Shown: piece after piece, positions 36,191 to 48,372 of the stretch
Layout of the letters: every line of letters begins with the position of its first letter
Numbering within the stretch: the stretch's first letter is position 1
Source of the DNA: Lama guanicoe
Lineage: Eukaryota
Reading direction: 5' to 3'
Length of the DNA stretch: 64,000 nucleotides
Assembly (NCBI GenBank): GCA_013239625.1
Contig: MU057340.1
Location: 7,210,931-7,274,930 of the forward strand
Program-made: the position numbers and the translations under genes
The notes under the pieces: generated by a model
What the model saw: only the letters and a program-made list of their open reading frames with translations
Told to the model about the DNA's origin: nothing
Databases searched by the model: none

Positions 36191-36669
36191 GGTTCCGGGG
36201 TCTTTAATATACTCGGTGCTCTACATCAGTGGTTAACACGCTGCTGACAGCAGCTTACGAGTCCCGAAGGGAACATACGAAAGAGTAAGATTTAAAAATA
36301 AAATTAAGAGAGAGAAATTAAGAGAAGAAATAAGGAGAGAGAAGAGGAGAGAAGAGAGGGGAGAGGAGGAGAAAGAGAAAATGCTGATGCTCTGAGCAAA
36401 TGTTTTCTAAAAAAGATTTTAGGTAGATTTGAGATGTAAGATGTATTTCTGACTGTGGTTGAAGTAAAGAAATGTTGAAAGACACTGCTCTACAGCACAC
36501 TCCCTGGAGAGAAAAGGAGAACAGAGCCCAGCTCCTGCCTGGGAATATCCATCACCTAAAGAGAAACTCAGCAACAGATCACTGTGACGGAGCATCTTAC
36601 GGGCTGGGTGGGTCACAATCGGCCAGAGAACCACAGTCGGTAGGATGGGCTCACGTCCTGCTGACCGCC

Positions 36670-37495
36670 CACTGGAGGTCCACGGGGACCCCTCAGGAGC
36701 TCACACACAACACGTACAAAGCAGAATTCACCACTCTGGCCACAACGCTGCTGCTCCTCTAGAGCTCGAGGTTGCAGTTAACAGCATCACTCCCACTTGT
36801 TCGTTCAAAATGGAGACAATATCCTTCTATCTCTTTTGTCCCCCAGACCATAAGACTCTGCCTCCCAGGTCCCCACACCATCCCTTTCCCTCCATCCCTA
36901 TTGCCACGGCCTTGAGACCCTCCTCCCCTCTTGTCTGGACAAGTGTGCATCCTCCCAGCCAGTCTCCCTGACCCAGCCCCTGCCCTCCAGTCCACACTGC
37001 AGTCTGCCGCCACGGGTCCTATTGTGTCTCCTCCCTCCCTGCTGCCCCGCCTGGCTTCTCCCTTACAAAACAGTTTGCATGTTCAACATTTAGACCTAAA
37101 AGTCTCCATTTCCAACTACTTTCCCTAGTCCCCGGGCTCTGCAACCTGCCTACGTCAGACTACTTGAAAGCCCCCGCGTGGACCATCAGTGTGCATACCT
37201 TGCAAACTTTGTACATAACTGCATTCTGTCCCAAGCATGATGTTCTTTCTGGTTTCCGTCTAGGAAACGCCTCCATCTAGCAAAGCTGGGAACAACTTCT
37301 CTGATTCTCTCAGGCAAGAGAAATCACATCCTCCGCTGAGCTCCCGTGGCTGCATGAACACATTTGTTTTACAACATTAATCCAAATGTAACCTGTTTCC
37401 TTCTCCAGGGCTTCCAGGGCGGGGACCACATCACAGATGTGTTTATATTCCAACATCTCACTCAGGGACCAGGACGTGGTGGGCTTTTTCAAAAA
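36670..37495 (+). mobile_element. L2 fragment
   Basis: 'tccatccctattgccacggccttg...tccagtccacactgca...ctccagggcttccagggcggggacc'. Confidence 0.65.
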
Positions 37496-37519
37496 AAATA
37501 AGTGGATAGTGGTTGGAAG

Positions 37520-38450
37520 GTAAACTCCAGAGCTCCAGAACTTGATATCTGTCTCTTTCTTTAGCATTTCCTTCTGGATATCTCCCATGCCCTTCAATCT
37601 AACACATTTAGAGGTAGACTTGGTATTCTCCTCCTAAACCTGATCCACCCCCAGAGGGCTCCACTTCAGTACCTGCAGCCCCCAAACCAGACATCTGGTC
37701 AACCTCCCTCATCCCAGCAACAAGCTGGTGGTCATTTATCTCCGATGCATATCTTCTACTATCTTGTCTTTATTTTCACCATCACCTCCCTGTGCCAACT
37801 ATCATCTCCTGCTTGTTACTGCTGAAATAGTTTTGTCACTACCCCCTCTACATCCATATTTGCCCATCCCACACTCCAATCCATTCTACTAACAGCAGCC
37901 AGCGTAACTGGAGATCTGATCATGTCATTCTCCTATGTAATACCTTCAACCCAAATCTTGAGATGAAGTTTATTTTTTTCAATGTTGTCTACTTCTTTCT
38001 TTCTTTCTTTCTTTCTTGCTTTCTTGCTTTCTTGCTTTCTTTCTTTCTTTCTTCCTTTCTTTCTTTTTATGTACACAGTGACCTGCTCAGTCTAACCCCT
38101 GATGACTTCTCCAGGATCTCCCTGACTGTGTGGCCACACCAGCTTTCTCATGGTTGCACCTTCCCTCTCAGATCTTCCATGAAGCTCCTTCTGCTCAGGA
38201 CGTGAATGGTGAGCAGGGACAATTCCATCAGAAAGGACATCATTCTTGCCTCAGCTTCACAGACTTTTCCTCCCATAGTCCCACGTAGTCTTCCTTTCTA
38301 TCACTTATCAAAGCTCCAGTTTTGTTTGTAGATGTCTGACTACTAGCCTCTGCTAAAAGCAGAGACTCCATCTGGTTCATCCTTCTTTCCATCCCAGCTA
38401 CCGACCTGGCTCACTGTAAGGGTTCACCAAACATTTGATCAAGGGAAGAA
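37520..38450 (+). mobile_element. L2 fragment with inserted (TTTC)n at about 37993-38068
   Basis: 'ttctggatatctcccatgcccttcaatctaacac...ctccaatccattc...atctgatcatgtcattctcct...aaacatttg'. Confidence 0.7.
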
Positions 38451-38689
38451 TTTAATCAGGGGTGTTGGCTGTTCTGCAGAGCATTAGTTTCCCAGAAAAT
38501 TCCCCAGAGCCCTGGCTGGGGCCAGAGGAAGGCGGAGCAGGTGAACACAGGATTCCATGTCCCACTTTGCCAAGAGAAGATCTGCAAGGGTCTGATTTAG
38601 ATACTGGGTCTTCACGTAAGAGTGTATTTTGAAAATAAGCATTGTACTTGTAAGGTGTGTAAGAGTAAACTTACAAAGCAAGAGCACAG

Positions 38690-38840
38690 AGGAAAGGGGA
38701 TGATCACAATGGGGAGCATGAGGAAATTTGGAGGACAATAGACTGTTTTGCATCTTGATTGCAACAGTAGTTACACGATTGTATGCATTTGTCAAAACTC
38801 ATAGAATGTGCTGAATTTTACAGTGCATAATTTTTTAAAG
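38690..38840 (+). mobile_element. Old L1M 3' end fragment
   Basis: 'tgttttgcatcttgattg...ttacacgattgtatgcatttgtcaaaactcatagaa'. Confidence 0.75.
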
Positions 38841-38945
38841 CAAATAAAAGTAGGAAAGACTTGATAACTTTTGGAAGTTATTTCCAGATTCAAAAGACTG
38901 AAGGAATTTCACATCATGACAAAAAAGAGCGTATACCATGACCAA

Positions 38946-38981
38946 ACACACACACACAAACACACACACACACACACACAC
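38946..38981. repeat. (CA)n microsatellite
   Basis: Direct inspection. Confidence 0.95.
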
Positions 38982-39476
38982 ATAGCTTAGGACCCTAGAA
39001 TTAGATTTTCTGTTCACATCCAAATACAAGGCTAGCCTGGATACAAGGCGTGCAGCCATTTTTCCCAGTGAAAAGAACAAAATATTGTTTCAGACCCACT
39101 TCAATATATCAACCATTAGAGTGAATTACATTGCCAAGTGACTATAACATTTATTTTATTAAATTAGTTACGAGTAAATATTTTAAATCACGTGTTATAT
39201 ACAATAACATATTGATTTGGAAATATTGCTTTCTTCGCTCACACATTTTATGAAACAGCTTTCTTGGAACTTTGCACACATATTGCTGACAATAGAATGT
39301 CGGCTGTCACCAAAGCCCATTTTTGGAGCCACATAACACAGACCATGGTTCTTCAAATCACATCATCTTTACTCCCATAATAGCTGCTTAAAATATAACA
39401 TTTTGTGAATCCGCGTGATGCTGTCACTGGGGTGATGTTTATCACTCTTGTGATGATAGTCCTGATTTCCATAAAG

Positions 39477-39697
39477 CAAGGTTTCTCAGCGGTAGCACTA
39501 CTGACATTTGGACTGGATCATTCTCTTTCTCTAGCCTGTCCTGTGCCTGGCAGGAGGTTTGGCGACGTCCTTGGCCTCTATCCACTAGGTGGCAGTAGCA
39601 CACAAAACCCCCATCAGTCATGATGGTCAAAAACGGTTCCAGAAATTTCTAAATATCTCCCAAGAAGCAAAAATCACCCCCAGATTAAGAGCCACTG
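39477..39697 (-). mobile_element. MER20 (hAT-Charlie), full length
   Basis: Ends caaggtttctca...aagagccactg; 221 bp; internal 'gcactactgacatttggactggatcattct...cttggcctctatccactag'. Confidence 0.9.
39582..39595 (+). promoter_or_regulatory. Candidate CTCF binding site within MER20
   Basis: CCACTAGGTGGCAG fits CCASYAGRKGGCRS at 14/14 positions. Confidence 0.65.
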
Positions 39698-40019
39698 CCA
39701 GAGAGTAACCTCTTACTGTCCTGTTGCATCACAGGATTTTTAAATTATTTATTTATAACAACCTCAATATTTTGAATTGCAAAGTCAAATACCCAGAAAC
39801 CATTACTAATTTTTTCAGAAATTCCTTTGCTTCATCTTTTACTGATTCTATTATCTGAATCTTAATGCATTCAAAACAGCATCAGCTGAAGTCCTTAAAA
39901 TATGTCCAAACTTGTGTGTCTTCACTAAATGGAGATTTGTTGTATTTTCTGTGTAAGGAAGATATAAAAGAATTCTTGCTCTTCTGAGGATTATTCTGGG
40001 GAAAACCTCACCTAAGATT

Positions 40020-40445
40020 CAGGCATCCAGGATAACCCAGCCTAATCTCACCTACAACATTCTCACAAGTGAGCATCCAGTTTTGCTTGAATACTTCAAG
40101 TGACAGAAGCCTCACTACTCACCAGTTCCTCTGTGTAAGCTCAGATCTCCCGGCCCTGAACTCCTAGACATCAGACCACGTTCTGGACAAAGTCTGCTTC
40201 TTTGCAACAGGACAACACTTTAAATATCTCAAGACAACAAATGTATTCTCACTTTTGCCGTTTCTTTCCAAGTTACAGTTTCTTTGATCCTTTCAGCTCA
40301 TCAGACATGTCTTCTCAATGTGACTTCATCCTAGGCCTTGTCGATGGCCTCTGAGTAAGTGTGGCCTAGAAGGAACCCTGTGAAGTCGGCTCAGGACAGA
40401 GAGAAGGGGAGTGTGATCATCTGCGCTCTGGACACTTTGCATGCC
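40020..40445 (-). mobile_element. CR1/L3 fragment
   Basis: 'catccagttttgcttgaatacttcaagtgacagaagcctcactac...acactttaaatatctcaagaca'. Confidence 0.7.
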
Positions 40446-41530
40446 AGAACTGGTCAGCTTTTTGATAAAAGAGTCATTCCATTTTATAATTTTTAGTTTA
40501 GGAACTGTAAAAGAATCATATAAACTCCACACAAGTAGCTATTTCATCTTTCATTAAATACGCCAAAGAACAATAATAAATGCTTTTCTGGACCTAATTT
40601 TGCCCAATAAGGACAGATGTTTTCGTGAAATTAAAGGCTCACAGGAGAAAGTGACCATGTATTATCGAGAGAGCCCCCAACCTTCTATAAACAGGAGAGA
40701 GAGAGACAGAGACAAAGAGACAGCAAAAGACTAAAAGATGGAGCCAAAAATTTCCATATCTTATTAGTATTTTTTGAATAGTCTTCTTTAGGCTTCATTC
40801 AGTGGTCCACTGTGACTCTCAGATTCTTAACTTGTGTAACTGCACAAAACCTATCCTGCTCCACTGGTTTTTGAAGAAAAGTCACGCTGCTGTGAGAGCT
40901 GGATGCGATGATGCTCTGTATCCTTTAGCTACAGAGAATGAAAAAAATAAATAAAGGCTGAATTCTGCTAAACCTTTGGGGAGTGACTATCCAGGCGCAT
41001 TTCTCCTAATGCTTCATCCCAGATAGTGCAGAGTTGTGTGACTGAGGTTCGAAGCCATCCCATACGGGGATTTAGTACCATAGGGGAGCAAGTACAGAAA
41101 AAGTGGATTTGATAACGATGCCCACCACGGAACTGAATGAAGTCTGATGGAGTAACTCTTCTGTCTGGCTTTCCGATTCTCATTCCTCCAAGAGTCAAGG
41201 CACCCACTAAATGCAGACTGACTAACAGCCCTTGGTAAAGATACTTTGACGAGGCCATCGCTAGTCTTGGCAACACTGAGACATAAACTGCACGTGTGTC
41301 TGAGGGCCTCTCCTCCCCACCACTGATCTTCTCTTGCGGGAAATCAGCCAATGTCCTGAAGTTACTTTCCCTGTGGGATGCAATGAAAACGGGCCTTGAG
41401 CCACAATCCCTAACCTCTGGCTTATTGCCAACCTCCCTTCCTCTTGAAAACTTACCTGGCCCATGGTCCTGCTCCCCCAAGCCCAGCTTAACACCTGGAT
41501 GAAGGGCATGTTAATTTCTGTCAGCAGCAG

Positions 41531-41638
41531 ACTTCCGGTTCACACGCAGCTCCATTTCAGATGGATGCCTTAACTCCAAGGAGTGACTCACAGAGGTAGT
41601 TGAGACTGGAAGGCAGTCCTATGACGTAGAAGGTAAGG
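41531..41638 (+). promoter_or_regulatory. Candidate enhancer motif cluster (ETS, AP-1, CRE half-site) overlapping an exon-like segment
   Basis: acttccggt 41531-41539, tgactca 41584-41590, tgacgt 41622-41627; acceptor ccatttcag|41561, donor 41632|gtaagg. Confidence 0.35.
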
Positions 41639-42502
41639 ACAGTGCCCTCCACTCTGCTCTAGGCAGATGGCCCTCTGCCCTGTGATGGGAAGCAGAAGGT
41701 GAGAACTGCAGTTTGTTTGCTTTGGCTGTGAATTTTTTTTTTAACAATTCACAAGCCCTTTAAGGATCTTATTACTGCAGTTATTTCTTCAAGTGTTCAA
41801 ATCATCGACCGCCTCATCTGAACCAGGAGATAAGCCTAATTCTCACATCTGCGGCAGCAGGCACGGGGCAGAGGCCAAGAACCACCTAATCTGACCATCA
41901 GAGTTTTAATTTCCTCCACCAGGGAGCGGAGAAGGCAATGAAGCTGTGAGCAGGACACATGTAGCCTGTAAACAGCCATCCTTCCTGCTCCCGAGCAGAG
42001 ATCCAATACCAATTCAGTCTTATCTGTCTGGAAAATCGTTATTTGAAGACTTGAAAAGGTTAAGAGAGTTCCCGCTTTCACTTCTCGTACTTTCATCTGC
42101 AGCACAGAGAGAGGAAGGAATCTGACAAGCATGGGGCTAATTTGGTTCCCTCAAGCACCCATGGGGAAAATATTCAGATTGTCTCTACGAGGGTCAAATA
42201 GAAGTCAGAATTCACCGCACGCTCTGTCCCTCTCTGTGCTGGTAAAATACCAGCCTTCAAAATAAAATAAAGGTGGTGAGTCCTGGGTGGAGGAGAGAGT
42301 AGAAGATGTGAAGAGCCAGCTGGGCCGCTTCCTCAATTATGCTAAGAGCAGTTTCTTAAGCACCTACTGTGTGCCAAGCTTTGCAAGTCACCTCTCTCAA
42401 GGGGCTCACAGCCTAGGGAGAGTCAGCAAACCAAGGCTTATAGAATTGACTGAGCTTTAAAGTAGTAAGAGGGAGGCCAGTAAAATAGTAGCAGAATGGA
42501 TG

Positions 42503-43138
42503 TGAGACACAGGGCAGGGCACAACCATTAAAAGGAGGACACATCAATTAGCAGCAAGATTCAACCCTCAATAGACCTTGATGCCCAAGATGGTGAGAGA
42601 TCTGACTCCCAGTAGACCTTGAGCTTCATTATATGCTCACTGTAATATATTAGCATGGTGATTGGCACCCACCCCCAGGCGCCATGACAGCTCCGAGGCT
42701 GGCCATAAAAGGTCAAAAAGTGGGCGGTGGCCCAGCTCCTTGGAATGCCAGCCACCTCCCCGAAGTAGTTGGAATAATCCTCCTACTTGTTAGCATGTGA
42801 AGTTACCAAGCCCATAAAACCTAACAACCTCAGTACCTCATGGTTGCTCTCTCTTGCCTTCTGAGATGGGCCTCACTCCATCTATGGAGTGTGTATCTAC
42901 TTTTACCTTAAACTAAATACCCCCACACCTCGTGGCCTCTCTGGCCTCTGAGATAGCCTGCACTCTGTCCTGTGGAGTGTGCATCTCTCTGAATAAATCT
43001 AGCTTCACTCTACTGTGGCTCACTCTTGAATTCTTTCCTGTGAGAAGCCAAGGACTCTCACTTGATGGGGCACATCCCAGGGACTTGCCTGGGACCTGGG
43101 ACATGGCCCTCCTCTTGTGCCAGATCTTTCCTGTATGA
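42503..43138 (+). mobile_element. MER41-like ERV1 solo LTR
   Basis: 'cttcattatatgctcactgtaatatattagcatg...ggcgccatgacag...gaataaatctagcttcactc...cttgaattctttcctgtgagaagccaagga'; flanks gatg/gagg. Confidence 0.85.
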
Positions 43139-44299
43139 GAGGGAGTGTACAAATATAGGGGACTGTGTGGGTGTAAGCACTGGATTTTGAAGCATCAGGG
43201 CATGTGGAGGACCTCTTTCTCACCTGGGGCAGGACCAAGAACATCATGCCGTTGGGAGATCTATGGAGAAAAGGTGCTACCTAAACTGGGGCCACAAACA
43301 TCCAACATTGACAGGGTATCCATGAAGTGGCCTCTGGCCACTCAAAGCTTAGAGACCAATTTCAACAGCTAATACATGTGTAACCATTAAGATTAGGTAA
43401 GGGGTCCTTATTAGGTGCTGACCCTAAGACCAAAACTAGGACTAAAGGCAGGCCAGAAAAATCAGAAAAGAAAGTCAGAAGTGAAGACTCTAGGCCTTGA
43501 GGTTTAAACATAAAAGGTATGAATGAAGAATAAAACATAGCTCTCAACTTACAGGTTGAGCATTTTATTTCAGTCGACATAGAAAAGAAGCGGGGAGGGC
43601 AGGCAAGGCAGAGGAGGCAGGATGCGGGAAAGCACACTGGCAGAAATAAGCAAGACAATTAACAAAGACCTGTCAGACTGCAACTGATGACTTGTGTTGG
43701 GAAATAGCAGGTGTTAATATTGCAGGCTCTAAAATTAATCACCAGAAGTATTAATGCACAAGCAGAATCAGAGTGCTGTACATTCGACTGGATGGCAGAG
43801 AGTCCTGAAATCTGTTCTTACTCCTTCCTTTCCTGTATGACCCAGAGCCATTCCATCACCTTGTCTCTGCTCTCCAAGGTAACCGCTTTGGTTCTGGAGA
43901 ACGTCCCCTGCACCTTATCTCAGAAAGAGGCCCCCTTGCAGGAGCTAGTTAGAGAGTCTGAGATGAAAGGCACAGATTAGAGGAAAAAGGAAGCCTTCCA
44001 CCCCCACCTCTACCCATTGTTTAGATAAAGAAGCAGAGATCCAGAGAGAAACACGAATGTGGCCAAGACCACACCTCTGTCCTGTCAGAGGCGCTGATGA
44101 AGGCCCTTGAAGTTCATGTGGGCAGCACCAGATTGAAAATCCATTAAGAGACAAGCAGGGCTGACTTAGGTCTGAGTGTTAGGAGAGCCCATAATCTGGC
44201 AGCAGAGATGAGGTGGTGACATAACAAGTCGAGAACCAAGAAAGTGATGGTGGGCTGGATTCATCTTTTTTTTTTTTCCTGTTCCTTATGGTGTGTCAA

Positions 44300-44835
44300 C
44301 ATCTTTAATACCTTGCTGGCCAGGGAGAGACTGCCCCCAGCAGGGCTAGCAGATTCCTTAAGGTAACAAAGGGCTCCGGCAGGAACAAGTCTTCCATATG
44401 TAAATGACCCAATCCAGAGCCCACACTCCAAACCACCTCCTCTGTCCGGTTTGTTCCCAGAAGGAGATAATATTTCTCTGTCCTAATCACCCAGGGCCAG
44501 GGACCAGCAGTGAGGGGCACCCCCTACGCCCCAAAGCCCCCCAAATTATTCAAACTAGCTAATATTAAAATAGCTAGTTTGTCCTGCCCAGCCTTTCCTT
44601 TCCCATGGAAGCCCCAAAGTAAGGCTGTGGGCTGGACTTTCCCCTCGCTCCTGTTTCTAGCTCCTGATTGAAGCTGGCACTTGCCCACGTGGCCCCACAT
44701 GGTGTGCCGTGCCCCCTTTATTTCAAGAAAAATAAGTAACAGTAACTCTCCTTTCAGTTTTCAGTTTCATTGGTTTCTCTGTGTCATCACTCAGTCACCT
44801 TTATAAATTCAGACTGGGGCACAGATCGTGAGACC
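44300..44835 (+). mobile_element. ERVL LTR, MER74-like
   Basis: 'ctaatcacccagggccaggg...cccctacgccccaaagccc...aaattattcaaactagc...cctttcccatggaa...gtgtcatcactcagtcacc'. Confidence 0.8.
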
Positions 44836-45499
44836 AGATAACATTTTATCTTGAAATAGAAATTTACCTCCAAGGCAACCTCTCTGGAAAAAGATTACAG
44901 ACAATCTCTTAGATCTGAATAGCCCCACCAGAATGACAGAGCAGGCTTACTATTTCCTGAGACCAATCAGGTATTCATAATCAGCATATTGACTTTTAAA
45001 TGGAAACATTAATAAAACATCTAAAAATGATATGAAAATGAGCATAATGCTCACATATATATGTACATATATATCACACTCATATATGCACATTTATATA
45101 TATATATACAGTCACATTTTGTAGTTAAAGCAAGTTCAAAAGACCCAAAAGGGTAGCAGACAGGCAGAAAAGTCATTTTATGTTATTTGTTGAACATAAT
45201 GACTAAACCTCTGTGGGATAACTTCAGCTTCCAAAAAAGTCAAATGTGATCAATGGTAGAAGCAGGAAAAAAGTTGACTGTCAGAAGCAGAAAGAGAAAT
45301 AAACACAATTGACATAATTCTGAAAACAAGTAGACAGTTTCAAATAGTTATGAAGTGGGTGGGATCACAGGCACGTACAGAAGCTATCACCTTGGAAAGG
45401 AAGAGGGCTCAGTTTTTTCAGGTAGAAGAATAAAGCAGCGAATGATGACAGGACAGAAACATCATGCAGTGACATTGCTCTGTCTTTTTTCCTTGGAAA

Positions 45500-45905
45500 A
45501 AGAAACTCTGACATTTTAGCTGGGAAAATGGCCATCTAGAGAAGACTGTATTCTTCAGACTAACGAGAATCGGAGGACTAACTCCTGAGTGAATTGTAAC
45601 ATGATGTGTTGAATGTGATTTCTGGCGTGAGTCCTTAAACAGAAGGATATGCCTGTTTTCTTTCTTTTCCTCATCCTCCTTCTGGGAATATGAATGTGAT
45701 GGTTGGATCTCAAGCAGCCATTGTGGATCCTGAGGATAGAGGCCACACCTAAGGTACAGGAGATTGCTGAGTTGGAAGGCATCTGGATTCCTGCGGATCA
45801 TGAACATAGGGCCCTGACCCTCCCACTTCTTAACTATACATAAGAGAAAATAGACCTTATTCTGTCTGAGCTGCTCCCACTTGCAAGGGTGTTTCCTAAC
45901 AAACA
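45500..45905 (+). mobile_element. Old MaLR LTR (MLT1I/J-like)
   Basis: 'gaatgtgatggttggatctcaagcagccattgtggatcctgagg...ggaaggcatctggattcctg...aagagaaaatagacc'. Confidence 0.7.
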
Positions 45906-46399
45906 CAAGGGTGAGGAATTTAATTATGTGATAGGGTTCACCTTGAAAGACTTGTCTTCTCGGCAAAGCAGAAAGTAAGATTATACACTGAGAGAAAAGA
46001 ATGAGGAACTGATGAGATGAGGGCTTGTATATGCAACTAAAAGGAGTTTCCTGCTGAATGGAGTCCCCAGCTGAGAAGGAGGGCATGGATACTTATGAGA
46101 CAGATCGTCTCATCTCAGTTTTCCACCAGAACGCGCACCCACAATAATACTGGAAACAGGATGCAGACACTGAGGGGTTGTGTGTGCTTAGGGATGCTCA
46201 AAGCAGGCAAAACGAGAGAGTAAGGGAATAAGAAAAACTTGAGTGCCTGTAAAGGCACAGACAAAGGATAAGAGAACCCAAACAAAGAAGGAAAAAGAGG
46301 AAAAATCGAAGGCTCAGGGTTACGATGTGGGTAAAATCAGATTCAGAAACAAAAGGAAGATGGCGTGCCAGCTGGCAGTGGTTAAAGTCATGAAGGCAC

Positions 46400-46570
46400 A
46401 AATTTGAACCCTAGGTCTTCCGTTTACTAGTTGGATTACTTTTGGAATATAATTTAACCCATCTGAGCCCCAATTCTTCATCCATAAAATGGGAATAAAA
46501 GTACCTCTGTGGTAGGATTGGCCCTAGATCTTAGCATCGTGTCTGGCACAAAATAACTGCTCAAATAAAG
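46400..46570 (+). mobile_element. MIR SINE
   Basis: 'tttaacccatctgagccccaattcttcatccataaaatgggaataaaagtacc...tctggcaca...gctcaaataaa'. Confidence 0.8.
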
Positions 46571-47137
46571 AACAAGTATTGTGATCCAGTGAAGAGGATG
46601 TGTTTAAGGAGGAGAAGCTCAGAGTTTGAAATCTGAGGGGGCTGATAGCAGGGAACAGTAGAGGGCAGAGGAGGGGGCTCCACAGAGTCAAACTGGATCT
46701 GAGAATTCCAACTTCCTCCACCCCAGCACTTCCAGCTCTGCTAATGCTCTGGTATCCAACCTGGATTCCACACAACACTGCGATTGCTCAGATGTGCCTC
46801 GAGGGATCCCGCCAAGGAGAAGAGGGAGACAGGGCCCTATGGGTGGGACTCTGGGACCCCTGAACCCCTTATCCACTCCAATCCAAGCCCATCTTCCTTT
46901 ATAATTTTATGCATGTTTTATATTTTGGAATTCAGCACAAAATGTCATTCAGAAAAAGGTTTCCCGTGCTAAAAGAAGACAGAAGGATAAGTGGTAAAAG
47001 AAGAAGAAAAAGAAGTCGAAGTGGTAATAGTAAGAGGAGGAGGAGGAGTAATTTGCAAGCCTCAAGGCCAAGGCAGTTCTCTCCACTCCACGGTACATGT
47101 GCACCAGAGAACACCGAGGAAAGCCCAGCTGATGGGC

Positions 47138-47600
47138 TCAGTCAGAGTCCCCCCAAGAAACAGACGACATACTCAAAAGGAGTAGTTGAGAATTCTTTTC
47201 AGAGGTGTGACCAGAGTTCAGGGAAACCCTGAAGAGATGGTGTAGCTCTCCAAGGCCAGCAATAGCGGGGAGCCCTTATCACTCCTAGACCTGAAGGGGC
47301 AAGTAGAGGGAGCGCAGAGAGATGCACGGGCCTGACTTGGCTGTGGAAGCTGCCAGCGGGCGTTCTGGCCTCCGGCGGAAGGATCCAGCCACCGCCATCC
47401 CATGGACCAGCAGGGTGGGAGTCAGGGGGTAAATTTCCTGGCCTCTCTCCCTCCCGACACTCGGGTTTCCTGCTGCTTTGGCTTGCTGGCCAAATCCAAC
47501 AGCAACCAGAGAACCAGGGGGCCCAGTCAAGGCAGGTCACAGACGTCAGCCTTCCACACAGAGCAAGGTGACACTGGCAGAAAGTGACTCTATAGGGACG
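47138..47600 (-). mobile_element. ERVL solo LTR, LTR33-like
   Basis: 'cagtcagagtcccccaagaaacagacgacatactcaaa...cctagacctgaaggggcaag...tggccaaatccaacagcaaccagag'. Confidence 0.8.
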
Positions 47601-47799
47601 AGTAAAAAGGATCCAATACTGTGGATATTCGTTCCGTCTGCTAAAATCCACTCTCCTGCCTCCCCATGCAAGTGCGCTCTGCTGACCCTCCCGGTGAGAA
47701 ATTCTCCATATCTGATGGCCAAACGAAAGGAAACACACGTGCACCAGGCTTCTCTTGACTCCTTGAGCACTTGGACACTCACCGTGTGAGATATCCATG

Positions 47800-48372
47800 G
47801 CTTCATGAAAGATTCCCCCAAATCTTAGCAGCCAGAAACGGTGAGCATTTCTCATGCCACAGTGGCTAGGAGTCAGAAATTTGGGAGCAGCTTAGAGGGG
47901 TAGTTCTGGCTCAGAGTCTCTAAGGAGGTTGCTGGGAAGTTGTCAGCCAAGCTGAGGTCTTCTGAGGGCTTGGTGAAGCTGGAGAAGCCACTTCCAAAAT
48001 GAGTCATTCTCGTGGCTCTTGGCAACAGACCCCTCTCTGAAGACTAGCTTTAGTGTCCTCATGACATGTGTCAGCTAGCAGCCCCCAGAGTGAACAAGTC
48101 TGAAAGACAGAGACAGATAGACAGACAGACAGACAGAGACAGAGACAGAGAGAGCAAGGGAAAAGCCACAAGACGTTTCATGATCCAGTCTCTGGAGTCT
48201 AGACTCTGGAATCAGAGCCATCACGACTCTTGACTTACTCTATTCTTTACAAGCAAGTCAGCAAGTCGAGCCCACACTCAGGGAAGGGAGTAGGGGAGGA
48301 TGGTGGAGACGAGGCTCTACCTCTTGAAAAGAGGAGAATTAGAACTTGTGCACATACTTTTAAACCACCACA
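47800..48372 (-). mobile_element. MaLR LTR, MLT1F-like
   Basis: 'gagtcagaaatttgggagcagcttag...ttctggctcagagtctc...gcccacactcagggaagggg...ttttaaaccaccaca'. Confidence 0.8.

Noticed and set aside
42736-42764. STAT/GAS sites in the MER41-like LTR
   Set aside because: Both candidates (ctccttggaa, ctccccgaa) lack the TTC of TTC-N3/4-GAA in this copy.
43726-43878. 153-nt open exon-like segment (tgcag|...AAG|gtaacc)
   Set aside because: Weak pyrimidine tract and unrecognised peptide.
45418-46086. 222-aa ORF
   Set aside because: Largely antisense to an MLT1 LTR; no protein signature.
47199-47855. 218-aa ORF
   Set aside because: Overlaps LTR33-like and MLT1F-like LTRs; spurious.
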